The notes beneath the pieces were generated by a model. It was not told where the DNA came from. It made no database searches and saw only the letters and a program-made list of their open reading frames with translations. Below, piece after piece: positions 1 through 9,856 of a stretch of DNA of 64,000 nt. How positions within the stretch are numbered: position 1 is the first letter of the stretch; every line of letters begins with the position of its first letter. The translations under genes and the position numbers were made by a program. This DNA comes from Ignavibacteriota bacterium (GTDB taxonomy: Bacteria > Bacteroidota > Ignavibacteria > UBA10030 > UBA6906): positions 1,408,001-1,472,000 of the forward strand of contig CAWDEM010000008.1 of NCBI GenBank assembly GCA_963801355.1. Direction: 5' to 3'.

Positions 1-644
1 AACCAGCTGTCGGTAAAGAGGTTGAGCGCATACACGGATACCGTGCCCCGGTCGGGCGTGAGCTGGACAAACGGACCCCTGCCGAACTCCAACGGAGTCT
101 CAGGCTCCTGCGTCCACTGTGTCACCACACCTACGCGGAGCAGGTCGGTTGGAGCGAGACCGAGTTCCACCCACGAATAGAAGAAATCCGCCGGGGGTTC
201 GTTTACATCGAGGAAGTACTCGCTCTCGACGTAACAATCGCACGCGCCGTACTCGAGGGACACCTCCAGCGCGGGAACAACGCCGGTCGTCCTGCCAAAA
301 GCCACTCCCGCCATCGGAGTCACTGCAACCGCACAGGACTCCCCTATCGAGAATGTCCACCCGGTGAATATCGACGCCGTCTTCAAGTCCTCGTAATTGT
401 AGCGGGTTTCCAGATGGATGCTTCCGCAGTCTGCTGTCGCTGTCAGGACGGAAACGTCATCGCCGACGGGATGGACGTAGGAAAGCCCTTCCATGGAGAA
501 CTCCCAGGGAGGATGCTCACCGGGCGCCACTGTAGAGTCGGGCGGTGTCGCACCCCCGGTCCCCGGGAACAGTACCACAAGCAGCACGAGTGACCTGCGG
601 AGTGAGCGGCAGACTTTGCTGAGCAGCGACTTCAGGAATTTCAT
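1..644 (-). CDS. Partial (3'-truncated by window edge) exported hypothetical protein, probable small outer-membrane beta-barrel
   Basis: Manual translation from ATG at 644 (MKFLKSLLSKVCRSLRRSLVLLVVLFPG...LETRYNYEDLKTASIFTGWTF...TPMAGVAFG...FFYSWVELG...) stays open to base 1. Signal-like N-terminus and alternating aromatic/hydrophobic strands. Absent from the ORF track because there is no stop. Confidence 0.7.
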   Translation of the reverse strand, partial: MKFLKSLLSKVCRSLRRSLVLLVVLFPGTGGATPPDSTVAPGEHPPWEFSMEGLSYVHPVGDDVSVLTATADCGSIHLETRYNYEDLKTASIFTGWTFSIGESCAVAVTPMAGVAFGRTTGVVPALEVSLEYGACDCYVESEYFLDVNEPPADFFYSWVELGLAPTDLLRVGVVTQWTQEPETPLEFGRGPFVQLTPDRGTVSVYALNLFTDSW

Positions 645-823
645 ATGCCCGCCGTGGCTTCGCTCATCCCCCAAGGAGAGGAGAGTATGGAATGCCCACA
701 CAGGAACTCGGAAAACCTCTCGACCGGGTTCTGGCCCCTTGTAACGCACGCTGCAATCGCGGACACGGTGAGGGCAGGTAAAGCAAGATAGGCAGGGATC
801 TCACTATTGTCAACGGGGACATG

Positions 824-900
824 CAACGTGAGGCTGACACAACGTGAGGCTGACACAGCGTGAGGCTGAAACGTGACGCTGACACAACGCAACGCCGACA
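824..900. repeat. ~5-copy degenerate 16-bp tandem repeat (CAACGTGAGGCTGACA)
   Basis: caacgtgaggctgaca/caacgtgaggctgaca/cagcgtgaggctgaa/acgtgacgctgaca/caacgcaacgccgaca. Confidence 0.9.
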
Positions 901-1029
901 TAACTGAATGGTGGCACTGCGTGAGACCGGCATACTATGAGACCGGACACCTCCCACATGGCAGGGTTGCCAGCAGCGCGTCAATAGTTAAACCGTACGC
1001 AACCATTCGTCGAAATCGAGGAAGGAATC

Positions 1030-1058
1030 TTGACAAACGTCCGCCGCTGCACTATACT
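1030..1058 (+). promoter_or_regulatory. sigma70 promoter of DUF2264 gene
   Basis: TTGACA-17 nt-TATACT, followed by GGGAG RBS and ATG at 1101. Confidence 0.8.
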
Positions 1059-1100
1059 GTCATTCAACGGTGCAACTCGTACACAAGGAGCTCAGGGAGC

Positions 1101-3155
1101 ATGAGAAACGCGTATGAAGTGCAGAACCCCGACTATGACGTCAGTCCATTTACCGGGATGACAAAGAAGCACTACATTGATTGCGCCAAATATCTGTTGA
1201 CAAGGGCTTTCACACATGTCGACGCGCTTGATACGCCAATCTCGTTCCCTCTCGTTCCCGGTAAATCGTACCCTCAACCGGATGCCCCTGCATGGCGTCA
1301 TCGTTCAGCAGAGTTTGAGGCGTTGGAAAGGACATTCACTCTTGCAGGGCCCCTTATCCATGTCGATCCAGAAACAAGAGTCAAGAACATCAATTTGCGT
1401 GACTATTATTGCCTGCACATATACAATGCACTCACACCCGGGCATCCGAATTCATTGCCGTTGCCTGAAGATCTGCCCGACTCCACCTACCAGTTCACCT
1501 GCGAGTTCGGCGGCTTGTTTAAAACATTGCTGCTGATGCCTGAAACCCTCTGGCCTCATTTCACACAGGCACAGAAAGACGAAATGGCCGTGACGATTTC
1601 AAAATGGGCACACCACAGAACAACGCAGAACAATTGGCGGATATTCAACATCGTTACGCTCTCGTTCCTCAAGAAATACGGGTTCAAGATCGATGACGAA
1701 TTACTGAGAAACCATCTGCTATGGGTGGCTTCCTACCACTCGGGTGACGGCTGGTATCTGGAACAGACGTACAATTACTACACGATCAGTTTGTTTGTCG
1801 TGTACGGGACAATCTGGAACAGGACGTTTGGTGATCAGTACTATCCGGAGATTGCGGCCACGATCGAGAAATCCGCTCACGAACTGATGAAAACATATGT
1901 CAACTTCTTTGGGAGAGACGGTTACATCAATATGTGGGCAAGGAGCATATGCTACAGAACCTGGATATCGGGAGGATTCCCGGTATCCTTCATGTTGAAA
2001 GAAGCACCCCCGCTGGACCCCGGTTGGGCCAGGAGACTCTGTTCAGGGTCATTACTCCAATTCGTCACGCGGGAGGAATTCTACGAGAACGATATCCCCA
2101 GCCTGGGATTCTACGGGCACAGGGAGTTCGTGCTTCAAAACTACAGTTGTGCGGGAAGCCCTTTTCTCATGTTTCTGCCATTTATTTGCCTTGCCCTGCC
2201 CGAGGATTCTCCATTCTGGACTGCAAGAGAAAACGAGGGGATGTGGGAAACACTTCACAACAAATCGTACAAGGCAATTCTGGAAAAACCCGGGATTGTT
2301 CTTGTCAATCACGGAAAGACGGGTACCTCAGAGATCATCCCCGGCAAGGTGTACTACAATGATCAGAACTATTCCAAGCTGGCATACAACACTCATTTCC
2401 CGTGGGAGGATCATGATCCTCAAGGCGGGACATCGATGGAATACAGTTTTCGCAGCCTCGATCCGAGAGATGTGCGGGGCGATGATGTCAACTTCTATCT
2501 CACCGGACTCACCGTCGACAATAGTCCGGCAGACAATAGGGCATTCACCACTTCTCAGAGCATGCTGTATAATGGTGTGCGCAACGGTGCCCTCTACAGG
2601 CAGGCAATCATGCGAAAACCCCCGAACAATGGCGTGGGCTACATCATCGATCTTGCCGAAATCACCATTCCCGGCGGGGTCATACGGGTAGATCGTTCCC
2701 GTTTGGCATTCGAACATGAATTGACGCTCGGGCACTACGGCATGCCGCATCTTGACGGCAGAGGCGCCAAGATCATTCAATTGGCAGACGGGACCAGGAA
2801 GGTCATCACTGCATCAATTCCGGGAAGAAGAGTCGCGTTGATTTCCTACAACGGTTGGGACAGGGTGGACAGTGTCATCCATCAGGGGAGAAATGCAGAA
2901 GCAGACGAAAGTACAGTCCTGTACGCGTACAGAAAGAGGACAGCAAAGAACCCCGCCATGGAATTGATGGTGACAGTCCTGCTGCACAAAATGGGTGGTG
3001 CGGAATGGACGGAGGAGGAGCTGTCACCAATAAAGCAGATTGCCATCATGGATATAACTCCATCATATTCGGCGCTGGGAGCCAGGATTACCCTGTTCAA
3101 TGACGAAGAATATCTGATTGACTACAAAGACATAGATGGTTACAGATCCTGTTAG
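1101..3155 (+). CDS. DUF2264 domain-containing protein (putative carbohydrate-active enzyme)
   Basis: Motifs SPFTGMTKKHY, EALERTF, NNWRIF, GDGWY, WARSICYR, LQNYSCAGSP. Start moved to 1101 on promoter/RBS evidence (track start 873 lies in the tandem repeat). Confidence 0.8.
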   Translation: MRNAYEVQNPDYDVSPFTGMTKKHYIDCAKYLLTRAFTHVDALDTPISFPLVPGKSYPQPDAPAWRHRSAEFEALERTFTLAGPLIHVDPETRVKNINLRDYYCLHIYNALTPGHPNSLPLPEDLPDSTYQFTCEFGGLFKTLLLMPETLWPHFTQAQKDEMAVTISKWAHHRTTQNNWRIFNIVTLSFLKKYGFKIDDELLRNHLLWVASYHSGDGWYLEQTYNYYTISLFVVYGTIWNRTFGDQYYPEIAATIEKSAHELMKTYVNFFGRDGYINMWARSICYRTWISGGFPVSFMLKEAPPLDPGWARRLCSGSLLQFVTREEFYENDIPSLGFYGHREFVLQNYSCAGSPFLMFLPFICLALPEDSPFWTARENEGMWETLHNKSYKAILEKPGIVLVNHGKTGTSEIIPGKVYYNDQNYSKLAYNTHFPWEDHDPQGGTSMEYSFRSLDPRDVRGDDVNFYLTGLTVDNSPADNRAFTTSQSMLYNGVRNGALYRQAIMRKPPNNGVGYIIDLAEITIPGGVIRVDRSRLAFEHELTLGHYGMPHLDGRGAKIIQLADGTRKVITASIPGRRVALISYNGWDRVDSVIHQGRNAEADESTVLYAYRKRTAKNPAMELMVTVLLHKMGGAEWTEEELSPIKQIAIMDITPSYSALGARITLFNDEEYLIDYKDIDGYRSC

Positions 3156-3256
3156 GCAGGGGCACACATCCTGTTAGGTATGGTCGCAGATCCCGCAGGC
3201 ATGGTCACAACACCTGCCGGGTAATTTGCAGGAGAAGCCCGCGACCGTCATAAGAA

Positions 3257-5044
3257 CTACGCTTCCTCCAGCTTGTCATACCAATTCCGCTTCAGCATGT
3301 ACGTTGTGATGATCGCTACCCCCAACGCGATCCACATGGATGTCCATCGAAACACAAGCAGAAAGACGGGGACCAGCACCAACGACGTCTGCCAGACGAT
3401 GCCGACTGCGACATTGCCCAGATCCCGGAATGCCTGTGTGTTCTTCGCAAACGTAGGATCATCACGCAGAATCTTCTCATAAATGGGCTGCCAGAATCCC
3501 CAGGGACGGACCTGCCTGTAAAAGCGTATCAGCGTGGCATCATCGTCGGGCTTTGTGAGAAGACTCGTGCCCACACTGGCAATTGCAGAAGCGGCAAGAA
3601 TGAGCGGGAAGCTGTTGACAGCCGAGACGCCGGGGAAGATCTGTCCGAAGGTGATCGCAAACACAACACCGCTTATCATACCCGCGAAGTACCCGTAGCC
3701 ATTAAACCTCCACCAGTGCCAACGAAGAATGTTGGGCGCCGTGTATCCTCCTGCCAACCCGAACACAATCCACTCGGTAATGGCGTTGATGGATTGCGGC
3801 TGGAGCCCGAAGAGCACTCCCAGCAGCACCAGCATGATGGACGCGGCATAGCCGACGATCACATATTGCCTGTCCGTGCCCCTGGGATTGAGGTATTTCT
3901 TGTAGATATCATTCACAACATACGCCGCCCCGCAATTCACCGTGGAATCGAACGTGGACATGAATGCTGCAAGCAATCCCGCAAGTAAGAGCCCCGTGAG
4001 CCCCACCGGCAGGAATTTGTCGATGACGTGAGGAAGCACCAGCTCGAAATCGATGTCTGTCCCCATGGCCTTGATCTCAGGGCCGAAAAAGACCACCCCC
4101 AGAACAGCCACCGCAGTCACCATGACCCAACGGGGAAGATTCACCACCGAGACGATGGCACTCATCAGGGCTGCCTCTCTCGGCGTCCGGGCCGCCAGCA
4201 TGCGCTGCATATCGTATGTCGGAATCGGACCCGCCATGCTGTTGAGGATTCCCTTGAACAGGATCATCATGAAGAAAAGGAAGAACAGCGAGTAGCCATC
4301 CGCGGCAATCCGGTCGTTGACGGCGGGAATGAGGTTCGACCAGTCAAGATCAAGCTGCCAGCCGAAGGAGAGGTCAAACCACCCTGCGGGAACGACGGAT
4401 GTCAACATGCCGGGAGAAACACTGGTGAGGGCAATACCACCAATCAACAGCGAGGCCAGAACCATCAACGTAAATTGGAACAGGTCGGTGATCACAACGC
4501 TGTACATCCCCCCCAGGAGCGTATAGACGGCTGTGATTCCCATGAAGATCATTGCATAGGTGTTGGCCGATATATCCCAGGGAAGGAAAACCGCGGAAAA
4601 CTTGCCGATCCCCTGAAAAGCATAGGCCAGAAATCCGATCACGCTCACCACAGCGAAGACGGTAACACTCGCACTCGAGAGCTCACTTCCTCTGCCTGTG
4701 CCAAACCGGGTCGCAATCCATTCGGATCCCGTCAGCACATTCGAACGGCGGACCCAGATGGATATGTACACCATGAAAAACACCTGGTTGAATGTCACCC
4801 ACATCCATGGCATCCAGACCCCCTTCAGGCCGTAGACGAACAACATGTACACCATCCACATGGTCCCACTGAGATCGAACATGGACGCTGCATTGGAAAT
4901 GCCGAGGAGATACCATGGCATCGATCTTCCCCCCAGGAAGTAGCTATCCAGGTTTAGCGACGCACGGCGGGAGAAATACACTCCCGTGGCGACGGTGAGG
5001 ATCAGATAGATGGCAATGATTGAAAGATCTATCGCATGCATCAT
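3257..5044 (-). CDS. Sodium:solute symporter (SSS) family protein
   Basis: DSYFLGGRSMPW, GGMYSVVITDLFQF, LAAFMSTFDS; many TM helices. Confidence 0.92.
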   Translation of the reverse strand: MMHAIDLSIIAIYLILTVATGVYFSRRASLNLDSYFLGGRSMPWYLLGISNAASMFDLSGTMWMVYMLFVYGLKGVWMPWMWVTFNQVFFMVYISIWVRRSNVLTGSEWIATRFGTGRGSELSSASVTVFAVVSVIGFLAYAFQGIGKFSAVFLPWDISANTYAMIFMGITAVYTLLGGMYSVVITDLFQFTLMVLASLLIGGIALTSVSPGMLTSVVPAGWFDLSFGWQLDLDWSNLIPAVNDRIAADGYSLFFLFFMMILFKGILNSMAGPIPTYDMQRMLAARTPREAALMSAIVSVVNLPRWVMVTAVAVLGVVFFGPEIKAMGTDIDFELVLPHVIDKFLPVGLTGLLLAGLLAAFMSTFDSTVNCGAAYVVNDIYKKYLNPRGTDRQYVIVGYAASIMLVLLGVLFGLQPQSINAITEWIVFGLAGGYTAPNILRWHWWRFNGYGYFAGMISGVVFAITFGQIFPGVSAVNSFPLILAASAIASVGTSLLTKPDDDATLIRFYRQVRPWGFWQPIYEKILRDDPTFAKNTQAFRDLGNVAVGIVWQTSLVLVPVFLLVFRWTSMWIALGVAIITTYMLKRNWYDKLEEA

Positions 5045-5069
5045 GTCTCCTCATTCCTCCGCGTGATCA

Positions 5070-7709
5070 CTACAGGGAAAACCAATAGCTGCATTTTGCC
5101 AGGAAAATATTCCCCGGATAAAGATCCTGGAGATTACCCAACGCCTCTGATACGGCACCACCTCCCGGCATCAGGTAGGCCGTCTTTTCCTGCGACCACA
5201 CAACATACAGGTGCGAGCCGGGACGGTATTCCCACCGGAAGACGAGGTTGGACCTGAACTGGCTGAAGGTGAAATCAGGGTTCCAGAACGAATAGTCGAT
5301 GTGACCGTTGTTGCTTTCCGACATGTCGTAATTGTTGTTCCTGAGCACCGGATTGATGCTCGAATACCGTTCGGCATAATCAGGAGCCACCGGATTGCGA
5401 ATCGTCTTAAACTCGGAGTACGTCCCCACTGAAGCAAACGGGCTTCCATAATACTGAATGGAGAGCTCGGGGGTAATGTTGAAGTCGATTCTGAATGTTG
5501 CACCCAGGGTATGCTGGTGGATTTTGCCGAGAATATATCTGGTTTCATCATTGAATGATTTCGTGCCGACATACTGCAGGTTATCGGTGTTCGATGAGTA
5601 ATTGACACCGACTGACACTCGCAGCGTATTGAAGGGGGTGACCGATGCATCCGGCTCCACAGAATAATGTTGTGCGCTGTGGCCGCCTGACCGGGAAGCA
5701 CTGGTCGTGAGACCAAAGAATACTCTTTCCGACGGATCTGTTCTGATATAGAGGCTGCCATCCCACATTGCAGGTACAAGCATTGCATGCCCCCCGCGGA
5801 GCAGGCGTGTATCCAGAGCCTGTGCTGTATATCCGCAGTTAGCCGATATCGCCCAGTTGTTCAGGAACTCTAGGTGCACCTCCACACGTGCGCCTGAGGA
5901 AAGATGCGTGAGTCCGAAATCCCAGTTGTTAAATTGCTCCAGGTTCAATGAATACGTTCTGAAAATGGACACAGGCTGATTGACAAAGTACGAGATTTCA
6001 TTTTCCTGACTGATGATATCGGCTCTCTGCATGAAGCCGATATCGTTCAGATCGAGTCCGGGGGAACGCCAGTTCAGATCTGTTGAATATCGCCAGAGTC
6101 CTTTGCTCCCTTTTCCGACGGAGATGCCCCCGCCGTAGCCTGACAGCGTTGTTCTGGAATCGTCGTACGTCACTGTACGTTGATCCGGCCGCTGGTAGTA
6201 CCGCGCTGAGGAGTTCTGGAGAATGCTGATCGCCTGAGTGCTCCCATTGATGGTACTGCCGACCAGTTTTACATCCACATAAAACTCCTTGTCATTCCAG
6301 TGATGAAGTAGATCAAGCCCTCCCGTAAACGCATTCTGGTTCAGAAAGTCGAGGTGAGTATCTTCGATGAACCGGTTCACGGAAGTGACTATACCCCCGA
6401 CGATCGTATTCCCCTGTTCAAAGTCCTTTTGAACCCTGGCAATCATGTAGTTGGTTAGTGGCTCTGCGCTCAGTGCACGTTCGGTTCCGTTGGAGCGTAT
6501 GTGTACCTGTTCATTGGCAGTTAGACTGTGCAGCACGCCGACCGCGAGACCATCCGCGGTTTTCCCACTGATTTTTGCGGCACTGAGTATCGTCGTATTA
6601 TCCGGAAGGTCCGTGTACTCGTTATTGGCTTTGGAGGGACTGAACGAGGGAGCATGGCCTATCCTCCGGCTGTAGAAGAGACTCGCATCATGGCTGTCGA
6701 AATTGAAAATTGTTTTTCCCTCGAGGAAGAAGGGCCGCCTTTCTTCATAGAATGTCTCAAATGCCGTTAGGTTCATGACGGACGGGTCGGATTCCACCTG
6801 CCCAAAATCCGGATTGACTGAGAGATCAGCAGTGAAGTTGCTGGACAATCCGATTTTTGCATCAACCCCCACGCTGCCAAACCAGGATCTCCCTTTCTCG
6901 GCAAACGGATTTCCTGGCTCGCTCTTGAATGTTCGCAGTTTTCCCACGGAGTACGGCATGAGTTCTATGCGGCGTGAGGCAGGCAATCCTTTGATACCGT
7001 GCAGCTCACCGAATTGATAGAGTATTCCAGGTCCCGTAGACGTTTGAGGTTCCCAGTCGCTCTCCTCCTGGAACCTGTCGATCCAGCGCCAACTGTGCAT
7101 GCCCCAGACCTGTTCTACTTCGCTGCTGTACCGCAACTGGCTGAGGGGGATTTCGAATTCGGCTGTCCAGGCCGAATCTTCCAGGCCCACTTTGCCAGAC
7201 CACACGGCATTCCAGCTCGCATCCGCATCCATCGGATTGGTCAACACGAGCTCAATCTTCTGACCTGCAGCGGTGATATTGAATTCGAATCCTGTGCGGT
7301 GGTCGTGATAACTATCGAAGTTTATTCCGACGACATCGCCGTTGAATTCATCGCGTCTGCCGGCCTTCTGAATTATTTCTTGCGGTTCGCTGTCAAATGC
7401 CCTGATGGCGACATAGATATTTCTGTCGTCATAGAGAACCTTCAGCTGCGTAGGCTGTGAAGGTTTCGCTCCTTCCTTCGGTATCCATTGCGTATAGTCG
7501 CCTGCCCACTCCCCCGTTTTCCAGCACGCATCATCCAGTTTGCCGTCGATGCTTGGTCTGTCGGTGCTCAGCCGTGTTGTGTTGTAGACTCTTACAGACT
7601 TTCCAGGGATGTCGCCCGGCGCGTCGGGGGTTTTCCCCGAGCCATTGGAGTAAGCGCTCGGACCGCTGAGGAGAAGAGTTGCGAGTGCTACGATGAGACC
7701 TTGAAGCAT
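5070..7709 (-). CDS. CBM9-like/DUF5916 domain outer-membrane protein
   Basis: Signal peptide, PSIDGKLDDACW (CBM9-like), NPDFGQVESD, FYEERRPFFLEG, FYSRRIG, C-terminal SYWFSL. Confidence 0.82.
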   Translation of the reverse strand: MLQGLIVALATLLLSGPSAYSNGSGKTPDAPGDIPGKSVRVYNTTRLSTDRPSIDGKLDDACWKTGEWAGDYTQWIPKEGAKPSQPTQLKVLYDDRNIYVAIRAFDSEPQEIIQKAGRRDEFNGDVVGINFDSYHDHRTGFEFNITAAGQKIELVLTNPMDADASWNAVWSGKVGLEDSAWTAEFEIPLSQLRYSSEVEQVWGMHSWRWIDRFQEESDWEPQTSTGPGILYQFGELHGIKGLPASRRIELMPYSVGKLRTFKSEPGNPFAEKGRSWFGSVGVDAKIGLSSNFTADLSVNPDFGQVESDPSVMNLTAFETFYEERRPFFLEGKTIFNFDSHDASLFYSRRIGHAPSFSPSKANNEYTDLPDNTTILSAAKISGKTADGLAVGVLHSLTANEQVHIRSNGTERALSAEPLTNYMIARVQKDFEQGNTIVGGIVTSVNRFIEDTHLDFLNQNAFTGGLDLLHHWNDKEFYVDVKLVGSTINGSTQAISILQNSSARYYQRPDQRTVTYDDSRTTLSGYGGGISVGKGSKGLWRYSTDLNWRSPGLDLNDIGFMQRADIISQENEISYFVNQPVSIFRTYSLNLEQFNNWDFGLTHLSSGARVEVHLEFLNNWAISANCGYTAQALDTRLLRGGHAMLVPAMWDGSLYIRTDPSERVFFGLTTSASRSGGHSAQHYSVEPDASVTPFNTLRVSVGVNYSSNTDNLQYVGTKSFNDETRYILGKIHQHTLGATFRIDFNITPELSIQYYGSPFASVGTYSEFKTIRNPVAPDYAERYSSINPVLRNNNYDMSESNNGHIDYSFWNPDFTFSQFRSNLVFRWEYRPGSHLYVVWSQEKTAYLMPGGGAVSEALGNLQDLYPGNIFLAKCSYWFSL

Positions 7710-7782
7710 GAATTCACCTGCCCCGAGTCAATGTCTTAGTAGGGAGAGCCAGCTCACCGAGCACTGTTCTCACATCCGGTTT

Positions 7783-9492
7783 TTACTTCGGTGTATAGCG
7801 ATCGACCGCGTCGAGAAGAAGTTGCCGGGCAGTCCGGTACGTGGTGACATCCTTGCTGTACTTGTCGAATCCTTGAAGCACCAGCGCTATGATCTGCTGC
7901 GCCCGGAGGGCATCATGTGTTTTGAGTTGAGCGAGAAGCTCGTAGTCTTCCATCCCGATCCGATGCGCTTCGAATCTGTGGCTTGAGAGAGGTCCCTCGG
8001 GTAGCGGATAGAGGATGTGAGAATCACCGGCCGGCAGGAACTGCCCCTCGATGTGGGGCCGGACGAGTTCCTCAAAGGGTTTGGCCGTATGAAAATTCCC
8101 ACCCCAGTGCAGAAAACCCTGTAAGTCGTATTTTGCGCACGCCCAACCGATATATACCTGGCGGAGGCGCTCCTCATCAAGAAGTCGATTCAACCATGGG
8201 CCGCCCGGGGAGAGGCAGGTATACACCCAGACTTTGTCGCCGGCCGCTTTTCGCTTTTCGAAGAATTCCTGGTTGGCCTGATATTCCTGAACCTGCGGGC
8301 ACCACACGTTGACGACGCCGCTTACCTGCACCGTCATCGTGGCTTCCAGGATCTGAATATCGGGTTTCAAGGCTCGTAGTACCGACACGAGTTCTTTGTA
8401 GCGATCGACAAATTCGTCTGTCGGCTCATCAAAGACCCCCTGCAACCATTGCTCATCCCATTGGTTCTCCTTCATCACGGCGATGATCCGCTGAGCCATT
8501 TGTGAGATCATACGCTTGCCTTTCCCGGAGACCGCATCAACCTCTTTTCCATCGGCCGCCCGAACCCCCAGGAGCATATCGTCGGATGTCCAGCTCCGGC
8601 GGTTGACAAATGGGGCACCGTGAATGGTCTTGAATCCCGCCTGAAGAAAGACCCGGATATATCGCTCGAGAAGGTTCCGACGAAAAACCGAAACGTTGCC
8701 GGCGCTATCGAATGTGAAGAAATCATTCCAGAGGAACCAGAAGGCATTCTGTCTGCCTCTTGCCATCGTCTGAGCGTACTTTGCAAGCATATTCCAGAAT
8801 GGTTCGCTCCACTTTTCCACACCGTGAGCTTTACAGATGTTGTCGAGGTTATGCCAATTGATGTAGGAAATGGTGGACCGGGCCAACGGTGGGACGAGCG
8901 CACGATGCACAACGACGACGAATTCGAGAGATTCGATCAGGTCACCAACGTCAACACTGATGCGGTGAATGTACTCCCCGGGGGCGAGGGTCGAATCAAC
9001 CGGCACCTCCATCCGGAGTGCCACCGAGGTGGAGTCGGCCGCGATCGGCGAGCTCACCGGCCGGAACGGATCGTAGATTCGAAAAGGCGCTCTGCGGATG
9101 ACGTACGGGTTTATCATCCCGCTGTATTTTTCCGTGTTGCGGTCGAGCCCCGTGTTTTCCGCAACGGGGACGTCGATCATTCTGTACCACCGAATCCCCG
9201 ATGTCAGACTGCCGCTGCTACCTGTTTCTGAGAACCTGATCGTTTCGGACCCCCGGAGCCCCGTAATCAACACATGGGCGCCGGCGATGGTGTTCCTTGC
9301 AGCGTGCACCGTAAGTTGCTTTGCTGGTTGACCCGCGTTTGTATCGGGGTAGAGCTCTTGAACTTCGTCGATCAGCCTCACAACGGGTCGGGTCTGTGGC
9401 GCAGGAATTTCACGCCGTTCACCTGCGAAGGCCTGTGACGTAAGAGCACAACTCATCGCCACGAGCACATAAGAGACCAAATGCTGCTTCAT
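7783..9492 (-). CDS. DUF4091 domain protein, GH123-like glycoside hydrolase
   Basis: Signal peptide; FDEP putative catalytic motif; VWVYTC, GFLHWG, PAGDSHILYP, SSHRFEAHRIGMEDYELL. Confidence 0.78.
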   Translation of the reverse strand: MKQHLVSYVLVAMSCALTSQAFAGERREIPAPQTRPVVRLIDEVQELYPDTNAGQPAKQLTVHAARNTIAGAHVLITGLRGSETIRFSETGSSGSLTSGIRWYRMIDVPVAENTGLDRNTEKYSGMINPYVIRRAPFRIYDPFRPVSSPIAADSTSVALRMEVPVDSTLAPGEYIHRISVDVGDLIESLEFVVVVHRALVPPLARSTISYINWHNLDNICKAHGVEKWSEPFWNMLAKYAQTMARGRQNAFWFLWNDFFTFDSAGNVSVFRRNLLERYIRVFLQAGFKTIHGAPFVNRRSWTSDDMLLGVRAADGKEVDAVSGKGKRMISQMAQRIIAVMKENQWDEQWLQGVFDEPTDEFVDRYKELVSVLRALKPDIQILEATMTVQVSGVVNVWCPQVQEYQANQEFFEKRKAAGDKVWVYTCLSPGGPWLNRLLDEERLRQVYIGWACAKYDLQGFLHWGGNFHTAKPFEELVRPHIEGQFLPAGDSHILYPLPEGPLSSHRFEAHRIGMEDYELLAQLKTHDALRAQQIIALVLQGFDKYSKDVTTYRTARQLLLDAVDRYTPK

Positions 9493-9856
9493 TATCTACC
9501 TCATGTCAAGAACGACAAGTTTTCGAACGCTTCTTTAGAAGAGCTGGATTGTTCGTCCATGGGACACCTGTGTGTGTGATCCTCCTATGCGATTTCAAGA
9601 AAGAGTATAAGTAAGAGCTCGTTGAAGTATCAAGCAGGAAACCTGTACACAGACTCGCATTTCCACGGTTGTCGCCGGGAACCGTCGATCGCACGGAATC
9701 CACTTCCTGGAGGCCGTTGTTGATCTCTTGCTTTTTGCAGGGGATCAGATATATTTGCAGTCGGCTTTGTACCAAACATCTGGCCGAAACCTTTGAAGGA
9801 TCACAAAACGAGGCCGCATGCCCGTGGCCGATAACTGAATAGCAGGAGACAACCCC

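Noticed and set aside
824-900. CRISPR array
   Set aside because: Units are contiguous 16-mers with no unique spacers, and no cas genes are present.
873-1100. N-terminal extension of the DUF2264 ORF
   Set aside because: It spans the tandem repeat and a consensus promoter; ATG 1101 has an RBS.
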